Source: an uncultured delta proteobacterium (GTDB lineage Bacteria > Desulfobacterota > Desulfobacteria > Desulfobacterales > JAHEIW01). Taken from it: DNA of 64,000 nt. Positions within the stretch are counted from its first letter, which is position 1. Each line of letters starts with the position of its first letter. Positions 38,565 to 46,814 of the stretch are shown piece by piece. The notes under the pieces were generated by a model. It saw only the letters and a program-made list of their open reading frames with translations. It was not told where the DNA came from and did not search any database. The DNA lies in contig CAVPNL010000006.1 of assembly GCA_963706575.1 (NCBI GenBank), positions 64,001 to 128,000 of the forward strand. Direction: 5' to 3'. The translations under genes and the position numbers were made by a program.

Positions 38565-38727
38565 TTCTAACCTCCTTGAATTCGGGCAAAATGAAAAAGC
38601 AAACAAAGAAATGGTCGCAACATTCGGGTGTATTGCCATGAACGTGGTTATTGTTTATTTTGGGCTATCTAATTTAAGAGGATGGGCTTCAAATGTCAAC
38701 AACCGCAACATAGTTAATGAGTAACTA

Positions 38728-38917
38728 AAAGCCATCTCAAAAATGTCTTTTGGCCCAACCTCTTTGTTGGTGCCTCGCTTTAAATCCTCAACATACAACA
38801 GTATGCCTGCGGTTTATGACCCACAAGGCATATAAGATTAGACGGGGAATCCCGCAACGCGGGAAAGCTCGGCCCCGCCGCGATCTTGAACCAAAATCCT
38901 ATTTTTGAGATGGCTTC
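38728..38917. mobile_element. ~190-bp MITE
   Basis: Perfect 16-bp TIRs AAGCCATCTCAAAAAT / ATTTTTGAGATGGCTT, TA on both flanks, no coding capacity. Confidence 0.8.
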
Positions 38918-39005
38918 TATTGACAATGCTGGAGCTAAATTTGATCTTAAGTTGGGGGCGTGATAAAATTTTATACATATTGCAGCGAAGGGCGATCTGA
39001 GACGG

Positions 39006-39854
39006 ATGATGATTTTTCGAAATAAATTCACCTTGAAAAACTTTCTGTACTTTGGTCCCGTGCCGGCACTGATATTGTTCTACAGTATTTTATCGGCCAA
39101 CGAAGTGGCCGTCATCAAAGTTCAGTATCGCAAAGCAGCCGAGCTGGTGACGGTTGTGCAAACCATGCTTTCCCCCGGGGGAAGTGTGACCGTCAGCCAG
39201 CGGGTGAATTCACTGGTTATCGTTGATAACGCCGAGGCGATCCGTCGCGTGTACGCCTACCTTGAGCGCTTCGACAAACCGGTTGAGCAGGTCCGAATAC
39301 ATGTCCGATTTAATACCACCGGCTCAGACGAAGAAAGAACGGTTACGGCCCGGGGCCGATATTCAAAAGATAAGGTCAGTGTCGCCGTCGGCCGTAAAAA
39401 GAAAGACGGTGTGGATATTTCGGTTCAAGATAGCGGGCATCGGCGAAGAAGCACTTCCAGTGTGTTCGTGGTCGCCATGTCCGGGAGCCCGGCATTTATC
39501 CGCACCGGGAAAGAAATTCCATATCGGCACGGATCGGCATTTTTAAGGCGGCATGCCCCGGGCGGCGAAACGGTCACGTGGCAAAATGCCGAAAGCGGCT
39601 TTGAGGTCACACCGATCGTTGTCGGTGACAATGTCCACTTGAAGATAGTGCCCCGCGTGGCCTATGACGACCATAAAGACGGTGTTATTCGGTTTTTCGA
39701 GGCCCAGACGGAACTGACCACTCCTTTTGGGCAGTGGGTGGAGATCGGCGGAACCGCCGATCAGCAAAACGAGATTTTCAGAGAAATTCTTTCCCAGACA
39801 AAGGGCGGCAGGAACTCGGTCAACAGCTTTTCAATAATGGTGGAAAGGCCTTAA
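39006..39854 (+). CDS. Short secretin-like protein (Secretin N domain plus reduced barrel segment)
   Basis: KVQYRKAAEL..NSLVI..FDKPVEQVRI; AFIRTG; GFEVTP; GQWVEIGG. Confidence 0.7.
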   Translation: MMIFRNKFTLKNFLYFGPVPALILFYSILSANEVAVIKVQYRKAAELVTVVQTMLSPGGSVTVSQRVNSLVIVDNAEAIRRVYAYLERFDKPVEQVRIHVRFNTTGSDEERTVTARGRYSKDKVSVAVGRKKKDGVDISVQDSGHRRRSTSSVFVVAMSGSPAFIRTGKEIPYRHGSAFLRRHAPGGETVTWQNAESGFEVTPIVVGDNVHLKIVPRVAYDDHKDGVIRFFEAQTELTTPFGQWVEIGGTADQQNEIFREILSQTKGGRNSVNSFSIMVERP

Positions 39855-40210
39855 AAAAAATTCGTGATTTTTGGCGTCCCTTTTACTTTCCGCACCTTAC
39901 GTCTTTATTATTTGTCGATGACTTGAGATTTTTGTGCCAACTTGATAGTAAATAGCAGGACGAAAGAAAATTAAAAGGGCAGCCCGGGGTTTGGACTACC
40001 CTGCTCAAAGTATTCGCGTTGAACGCGGGTTGGCGAAACTTCCCCAAATTGCCCTTCTAAAAAAAGGCCTAAATTGAGCGAGTGTCGAGGTTGCCGCAGA
40101 TGCGGTAAGATCGGCAATCCCTATATCCGCGGGCTGTAGGCGCTATATGCCGAAAAGGAGAGGCGCTGACGCCCGGCCCCATGGACGGCGGAGAGAAAGG
40201 AGGGGCTTTT

Positions 40211-40564
40211 ATGAAGTCACTCTTAATTATTATAGCCGGCATCATCATCCTGGCCTTGTCTGCGAATTCAATGGCAGAGTGCGGACCCATGACATCCGGT
40301 CACAATCTGTTATCCTGCATTGAAAGCAGCGATCCGGAACTCTATGGTTACGGTCTGGGTTTTATATCAGGTGTTACCTTTGCCTATCGGTCCATGTATG
40401 ATGGTGTTCTGAAGCCTGAAAAAATTTGTATCCCCAAAGGCGTTAAAATTAAGGAGGTAAAACTCGTCGTGCAGGATTACCTCTCAAACCATCCGCACAA
40501 GCTAGATGAGCCCCCATGGATTCTGGTCTCCGAAGCTGTCAAAGAGGCGTTTAGATGCTATTAA
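40211..40564 (+). CDS. Rap1a/Tai family T6SS amidase-immunity-like secreted protein
   Basis: Signal peptide; SGHNLLSC..GFISGV..CIP..VVQDYLSNHP..EAFRC. Confidence 0.75.
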   Translation: MKSLLIIIAGIIILALSANSMAECGPMTSGHNLLSCIESSDPELYGYGLGFISGVTFAYRSMYDGVLKPEKICIPKGVKIKEVKLVVQDYLSNHPHKLDEPPWILVSEAVKEAFRCY

Positions 40565-40603
40565 TTCTAGTACTGTGTCCTACAAAAAAAGTTACAAAAT
40601 GAT

Positions 40604-40630
40604 TGTCACTCCCGCCCAGGCGGGAATGAC
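40604..40630. repeat. Single CGTC-type REP palindrome
   Basis: GTCACTCCCGCCCAGGCGGGAATGAC, related to 13023-13118. Confidence 0.65.
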
Positions 40631-40709
40631 GGATGGACAGCACACCTCAGTACTTAAAAATATTTTGATAATATTTCTGGGGCACAACACTAGCAAAAGG
40701 ATGCAAACA

Positions 40710-41048
40710 ATGGCCAAAATTATTCCTCTCGATCAACCAGATCGGGAGCACTGGAAGCAGCAGAATGCGGAAGTTCTTGAGGAAGTTCAAGATCAGGCGC
40801 TGAAGGAGATGATCAAGATGGTCTTGAATTTACATGAACTTGAGCATACCGGTGAATGGCGGCAAGCGCATCGGCGACTTGACTTTTCTAAATCAACATT
40901 TATGGACTATCTTCAATTGTACGCACGATGGTCTTTGCCGGAATTTCGATTGTTAGAGGAAGCTGTATTTGAGAATTTCGGAGAGCTCAAAAGAAAGGGA
41001 TTGTACAGCGTATTAATCCGGCTTAGAAAAGAAATGGAAGGAAAGTAA
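40710..41048 (+). CDS. Hypothetical protein
   Basis: Helical 112-aa ORF with AAGGA RBS. Confidence 0.6.
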   Translation: MAKIIPLDQPDREHWKQQNAEVLEEVQDQALKEMIKMVLNLHELEHTGEWRQAHRRLDFSKSTFMDYLQLYARWSLPEFRLLEEAVFENFGELKRKGLYSVLIRLRKEMEGK

Positions 41049-41173
41049 TTTAATACTTAAATCTTGCCCCGAGTTGCGGGATGAAGCGTCTATCGTTATA
41101 ATACCAGGGGGCTCCTCATGAAAATTAATGGGAACTCGTGCAAAATTCAGGTAAGGAAAGAAAGGCGCAAACA

Positions 41174-41470
41174 ATGGCTGCTTTCTCGACTATCGGAATA
41201 ATTTTATTGGTATGTGCAGTGATTCTATTTGCCTATCAAGTCATGGCGGCATTCCTCGGTTTGGGCGCATCTGATGATTTTGTGTATGAAAATATCAGCC
41301 TTGAAGATATTCTCTCTGAAAGTTTTTTAGACTGGGCTGATGGTATTTCATCAACTAATCTTCAAGCTTTAGTCAATACCGTGATAACGATGCCAGTAGT
41401 TCTTTTGCTGCTGTGCGGAGCACTTTTATTTTTTTTAATTCACATGTTTAAGGGTCATAAACATAAATAG
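41174..41470 (+). CDS. Two-TM hypothetical protein
   Basis: Two hydrophobic helices around an acidic loop. Confidence 0.7.
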   Translation: MAAFSTIGIILLVCAVILFAYQVMAAFLGLGASDDFVYENISLEDILSESFLDWADGISSTNLQALVNTVITMPVVLLLLCGALLFFLIHMFKGHKHK

Positions 41471-41623
41471 ACCTGCAACTCAACCCTGGAAGGCTTCATC
41501 CACCAGATCGGGATAAATGCCTAAACCCCACAGCATCTGGTCATTTAAACCATCCCGTTTATTCACAATTCAGGTTTGATTCTATTGCAGCCAGCGGACA
41601 TCACGGGGGATAGAGGGTGATCT

Positions 41624-41923
41624 ATGATGGAAAAACCCATTGATGAACCGACAAAGCGGGCATCTCATTTAGGGTTTAGACAGGGCTATGAGGTTGCCAA
41701 TAGGACTCAAATTGATGAAAGCCTCCGCAAAGATGAGTTTGTGGATATTGTTTTAGAGACGGTGATAGATTCCCTTAAAAGTACGGTTTTTGAAGCGATA
41801 TCGGCTGAGCTTGACTTAATGAATGAAAAATATCCCGCCTTTGACAGCTGGAAAGTTTTTGCTGATGCCGTAATTCAGGGTGCCGGTGAGAATTTTTTGG
41901 ATAGGACCGGCAATGCGGAATGA
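41624..41923 (+). CDS. Hypothetical protein
   Basis: GAGGGTG RBS; acidic 99-aa ORF. Confidence 0.6.
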   Translation: MMEKPIDEPTKRASHLGFRQGYEVANRTQIDESLRKDEFVDIVLETVIDSLKSTVFEAISAELDLMNEKYPAFDSWKVFADAVIQGAGENFLDRTGNAE

Positions 41924-42100
41924 AGAAAAAGCGGGTGCTGAAGAAGATTTTTCCAGACCATAAGGCGGGCAAGCATCACGGGATAAAAAATATTAACAGT
42001 AAAGCCTCTTTGTTTACCACGCTGCTGATACGATGTGAATTTCTTTACCATTCTTATTGACCACAGGCGGGGCCATCGATGCCGGAGCCATCTCAAAATG

Positions 42101-42530
42101 CTATTTTACTTTTATGGCCACCATCGTGACATCGTCGTGAGGTTCTTCAGATTGGACGAACTCATCCAGCCGCAAGTTGATGCGTTCTACGATTTTATCT
42201 GCAGGGAATTGTGCGCTTTCCTTCAGGGCTGATTCCAGACGGGATTGGTCAAACAGGTGATGGCGTGCATTCATGGCTTCGGTGATGCCGTCGGAGTAAA
42301 GCAGCAGCACATCCCCGCTTTTAACCGGTATGGATTTTTCCTCGAGGCATGAAGAAAACCCCATGTCACTGTCAATGCCGAGGCACACACCTTTGGTCTT
42401 CAGGGCCTCAATTGTTTTGGTTTGAGAGGAGTAAAAAAGTGGCCAATTGTGCCCGGCACGCGCAATGGTTAAGGAATTTTCCGCGGATTCGAAAAACGCG
42501 ATGACCGCCGTAATAAAATCCCCTTTTATA
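42101..42530 (-). pseudogene. C-terminal remnant of a SpoIIE/PP2C phosphatase
   Basis: DFITAV..RAGH..YSDGITEA..DDVT; upstream in-frame stop; GGD and DxxGHG motifs absent. Confidence 0.75.
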
Positions 42531-42716
42531 TATTGTATCGTTGCTGCTTACGGCCCTTATGGGCTTTGCGGTCCATAAAAAAAGAAAGGCGCAAGTCCAC
42601 CCTGCGCCCCGCTGAAATCGTATTCCTAAAGAAGAAAAAACGGGTTCGTATCTTAACGGTCAAATTTGGAAGAAAGCAATAAAGTGGGTCAGTTTTGCTA
42701 ATTAAAAAAATAAATC

Positions 42717-43043
42717 TTATGATTTGCCTGCTAGGTTTTTAAATTTTTTCACAGATTCTTGAAAATCTAAATCCAGTTCATCTAAAACCTGGGGCGTGAG
42801 CTCACTCGCCATGTCAATTTTCATGTCGGTCCATTTGGCCATTAAGTCTTCTATTTTCGGCGCTAATTCAGCTTTTTGAGCATCACCGGCATTGACGTAT
42901 TCGTCCACCGTTTTGTGAAATTCCTGAATAAACTCAGTCATCTGCTGCTTCTCCTGCGAACCTCCGCATCCAATGAAGAAGACGAGTCCCGCAACCAGCG
43001 TAAGCGCTATCCCGTAATTTAGCTTGGTTTTGATTCTTAACAT
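42717..43043 (-). CDS. Small helical lipoprotein
   Basis: Lipobox FIGC; GGAGG RBS; GGCGCA/TGCGCC terminator at about 42577-42610. Confidence 0.75.
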   Translation of the reverse strand: MLRIKTKLNYGIALTLVAGLVFFIGCGGSQEKQQMTEFIQEFHKTVDEYVNAGDAQKAELAPKIEDLMAKWTDMKIDMASELTPQVLDELDLDFQESVKKFKNLAGKS

Positions 43044-43251
43044 TTAGAACCTCCAACAAAGATTTGGTAGAAATAGGGCTTCTGAATCAGATTCATCAAG
43101 TAGAGAAGAATCGAACGATTAGAGCCGGCCCAAATCTATATATAATAAATTTTAAGAAATCAACTAAAATTTTAAACTTTTTTATTTTTTTAAAACAGCA
43201 AAGATATGAATATCTCATTGGAAATCAGGGATGGAATCGGACATTCTATTC

Positions 43252-43842
43252 TCAGGAGGTTTCTTTGAAACGACCTTTAATTCCGGTTTCTTTCCAGCTG
43301 CGATATGCGTTTATTTCCCCTTTAAGTGAATTCATGATGGTGGTTAAGACCGCCAGATCATCCAAATAACCGACAAGGGGGATAAAATCCGGGATCAGAT
43401 CTGCCGGCAGGATGAAATACAGCAATCCGCCGCCGATCATGGCCACATTCGCCGTGTGAAGTTTGTAGTCGCCTTTGACCGAGTCCTTGAAAAGGGCATA
43501 AAGCTCGCGCACATTTTCAAGGACTTTTTTTAAGGTCGGATAGGCCTTGTTGATTTTGTTGCGAATGGCGTCATCGTTTATAAATTCAGTAAAATTTTTA
43601 CCCCTGGTAAATCGAAGCATGCGATCGTAGTTTTTGCGCCGCTCGGCATCCCCCAGTATGTGATAGGCCTGATTCAAAACTTTGGTCTTTTCTTCGGCTT
43701 CCTCGGTACGGTCGGGATTTTTATCCGGATGCCATTCTTTGACCTTATTCAGATAGGCCTGCTTGATTTCTTGCGGTCCGGCTTTTGGTTCGATCCCCAG
43801 CAGCTCATAATAATTCACAAATTTTTCGGAGGAATTGTTCAT
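43252..43842 (-). CDS. J-domain protein fused to DUF1232 (YkvA)
   Basis: YYELLG..WHPDKN..LNQAY; YFILPADLIPDFIPLVGYLDD. Confidence 0.9.
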   Translation of the reverse strand: MNNSSEKFVNYYELLGIEPKAGPQEIKQAYLNKVKEWHPDKNPDRTEEAEEKTKVLNQAYHILGDAERRKNYDRMLRFTRGKNFTEFINDDAIRNKINKAYPTLKKVLENVRELYALFKDSVKGDYKLHTANVAMIGGGLLYFILPADLIPDFIPLVGYLDDLAVLTTIMNSLKGEINAYRSWKETGIKGRFKETS

Positions 43843-44134
43843 TTTAGTTGTTGATACCGCTTTCCATTATAATGTTCCGCAATATCCCATTTTTTTTGCG
43901 GCACCGTCTTTAACCCGGAACAATATAGGAGAATATAATGCGGACGTCCATTATTTTATTGGCTTTAACCGAAAGAAATGAAGGGTCAGATGTGTACGGT
44001 TGCAAAAATTTTCAGAATACCGTACAAGCGATGCCTCGGACTTTTTGAGGGCTTTGACGTCTTGCGGTCAATTTTCTGGCCGTCTGATATTTACTTCTTC
44101 GCTAAAATGAATTTGCCGAGATCATCCTAATTCA

Positions 44135-45076
44135 ATGCGCAGCATTCGGGAATTAAAAAGCCAGGCGACGCGCTTGGCCATGTTGGGCCTTATTGTCGGA
44201 GCCGTGCTGATCAGTTTTTCCGGGGTATGGATCAAAGTGGCCCACGTCACGCCGAACGTCTCGGCATTTTACCGCGTTTTTATCGGGGGCATTGTTTTAC
44301 TCGCGGCGGCCCTGTACCGGCGGGAAATTAAATGGCCGGCGCTTCGGCACCTGCTGCTGAGTCTGTTAAGCGGCATCTTCTTTGCTCTGGACCTCTGGTT
44401 ATTCCATTACAGCGTAGAATACGTCGGCCCGGGTCTCGGCACCATCCTACCCAATTTTCAGGTGTTCATTCTGGCCGGCTTCGGTATTTTATTTCTAAAA
44501 GAACCCTTGCGGCTGGTATACTTGCTGTCACTTCCACTGGCATTTGTCGGCCTTTTTATGATTGTGGGGATCAACTGGTCCCATCTGGAAGCGTCCTATC
44601 GGATTGGCGTGTATTACGGGTTGGTAGCGGCGGTTTTTTATGCGACATTTTTATTGTCGCTTCGCAAGCTGCAGGCGGATCAGATGGGCGCGTCCTTTTT
44701 TTATGTGCTGATGCTGGTTTCGTTTAGCACTGCTGTTTTTTTAGCGGTTGAAGTGGTTCATAATAATGATTCTTTTCGAATACCTGACCTGCAGAGCTTG
44801 TTCAGCCTGGCGGCATTGGGTCTGCTCAGCCATGCGCTGGGCTGGATGCTGATTGCCAATGCGCTGCCCAAAATTCGCACCTCCTTTTCCGGCCTGATTC
44901 TGCTACTTCAGCCTGCGCTGGCATTCGTCTGGGATGTTTTGTTTTTTCAAAGAGCGACCTCTGTGGTGAACTGGTTAGGGGTGCTGATCGCCCTGGCAGC
45001 CATTTACCTGGGTATGGCCAGAAAATCGGAAAACGCAGACAACACCCCTGGCGCCGTCTTAATTCGCCGCGGATAA
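44135..45076 (+). CDS. EamA/DMT family transporter
   Basis: 10 TM helices; AFYR, FLKEP, LLLQP. Confidence 0.88.
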   Translation: MRSIRELKSQATRLAMLGLIVGAVLISFSGVWIKVAHVTPNVSAFYRVFIGGIVLLAAALYRREIKWPALRHLLLSLLSGIFFALDLWLFHYSVEYVGPGLGTILPNFQVFILAGFGILFLKEPLRLVYLLSLPLAFVGLFMIVGINWSHLEASYRIGVYYGLVAAVFYATFLLSLRKLQADQMGASFFYVLMLVSFSTAVFLAVEVVHNNDSFRIPDLQSLFSLAALGLLSHALGWMLIANALPKIRTSFSGLILLLQPALAFVWDVLFFQRATSVVNWLGVLIALAAIYLGMARKSENADNTPGAVLIRRG

Positions 45077-45106
45077 CCGCAGATGATTCAATGTCTCTCG
45101 TCTAGC

Positions 45107-45141
45107 AGAAAGTAAGGGGCGGGCTGTATCCAGCCCGCCCC
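45107..45141 (-). terminator. Intrinsic terminator
   Basis: GGGGCGGGCTG / CAGCCCGCCCC, 11-bp stem. Confidence 0.8.
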
Positions 45142-45198
45142 AGGCGGTTGCAACCTCCTTGCTGATCCAAGAAGATTTGCCGGTTTGCAGTCAGGCGA

Positions 45199-45684
45199 TC
45201 AGTTCGTCTTGTTTACCCCGACCGAGACCGAGAAACCACTGTCCGTTACAGTGGCGGAAGCTTGAAACTCGTCTTGGGGTGCTGCATAACTTTCGGCACT
45301 GCTGTAATAGTTGTTGATTTCCTTTACCACCGAATGACTGGGCCGCCACTTGAAGGGTCTCGGATGGCCATGGCGGTAGACCGGTCGATGGCGCCAGGGT
45401 CGGGATTTAGGCCAGAAGCGGGGCGGTACGCGATACTGATGCCGCTTTTGGAATTTGGGATTAAAGCGATGCACCGGACGATAGTGGTGAGGGTTGCGCT
45501 TGGGTTGATAAGCCTGGCCGCTGTGGCGGTTAAATTTTTGAACTGCAGGCTTGTCCCATTTCTGGAATTGGCCACCACGGTCACCGCGATCGCCGCCTCT
45601 TTCGCGCTGGGCCCACGAATTAGCGGTTACTGCCAGAACAAAACCCATTAATACCACACTGATGATAATGATCTTTTTTTTCAT
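45199..45684 (-). CDS. Secreted Arg/His/Pro-rich low-complexity protein
   Basis: Signal peptide ending SWA; AAGGAGG RBS. Confidence 0.7.
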   Translation of the reverse strand: MKKKIIIISVVLMGFVLAVTANSWAQRERGGDRGDRGGQFQKWDKPAVQKFNRHSGQAYQPKRNPHHYRPVHRFNPKFQKRHQYRVPPRFWPKSRPWRHRPVYRHGHPRPFKWRPSHSVVKEINNYYSSAESYAAPQDEFQASATVTDSGFSVSVGVNKTN

Positions 45685-46132
45685 GGTTTTCCTCCTTCTT
45701 TTAAAGTTTGAAACGCCCGTTTTAGGTCAGATTAGCCCTACAATGATCAGGCGTGTTTGACATAGATGACGCAACGGATTTCCGAATAGTTTACAATGGG
45801 GGGTAGATTTGAATTGTCCGTTTTGTTAAATGCGGTGGATTTGTAGTTGTTTTAGACACATGACTAAACTGACGGATTCGTAAATAAAAAGGTTTGCAAC
45901 TGATTTATCTTCAGAAGTTTGATCCACACAGATAGTCGATTCAAGCTATCTTCTGTTTTTAAATTAGGAGTTGACCCAAATCGCTACAATGTAGTATTGG
46001 ATTTTTATCGTTCACCATTTTCTCATCGCCAACTGTCCGAAAACTACTTTTCTTCTATGGAATTGAGCCGGGGTTGACATCGACATGCACCTTGCCTCTG
46101 AAATAATAATCACATCTCATTTTTGCCAGCTT

Positions 46133-46174
46133 AAAACCTAAAAGAGGAGCTTGCCCCTCTTTTAGGTTTTTTTA
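46133..46174 (+). terminator. Strong intrinsic terminator in an intergenic region
   Basis: AAAACCTAAAAGAGG / CCTCTTTTAGGTTTT followed by TTT. Confidence 0.8.
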
Positions 46175-46353
46175 TTACATCTGAAGGGCCTAAAATATAG
46201 ATATACCGACATTAATCTTACAAGAGACGATGAACCATCTATGCTTACCAGACGTCCCGGTATGCGCTTGTCTATCACAACAGCAGCCGACATATTTTAA
46301 TGATAAATGATAAATGTTGAGGTATCACTTAACTAAGAAAGGAGGCGTTTTTT

Positions 46354-46812
46354 ATGATTTCTCTAATGGTGAACGGCAAAAACTATAAAGTCGATGTTCC
46401 CAAGGATATCCCATTGTTGTGGGCTCTAAGGGATTATCTTAATCTCACGGGCACAAAGTTCAGTTGCGGGATCGGTGAATGTGGTTCATGCACGGTTTTG
46501 ATTAACGGTGAGGCGCAACGGTCCTGCACGATCAGCGCTGAAGACGCGCAGGGGGCAGACATTACGACCATTGAAGGGTTGCCCGAGAATCATCCCGTCA
46601 AAAGGGCCTGGATCCAGGAGCAGGTCGTCCAATGCGGTTACTGCCAGCCCGGCGTTATGATGCAGGTTGCCGGTCTGCTCTCAGAAAACAAAAAGCCGGA
46701 TGCGAATCAAATTATGGATTCAATGGACGACGTCATCTGCCGCTGCGGAACCTATCATCGCATGAAACGGGGCATAAAGACGGCGGTAGAGATCGCCAGA
46801 AAGGAGGGTTAA
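46354..46812 (+). CDS. 2x[2Fe-2S] subunit, IorA/CoxS-like
   Basis: GTKFSCGIGECGSCT; QCGYCQPG; CRCG. Confidence 0.93.
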   Translation: MISLMVNGKNYKVDVPKDIPLLWALRDYLNLTGTKFSCGIGECGSCTVLINGEAQRSCTISAEDAQGADITTIEGLPENHPVKRAWIQEQVVQCGYCQPGVMMQVAGLLSENKKPDANQIMDSMDDVICRCGTYHRMKRGIKTAVEIARKEG

Positions 46813-46814
46813 AA

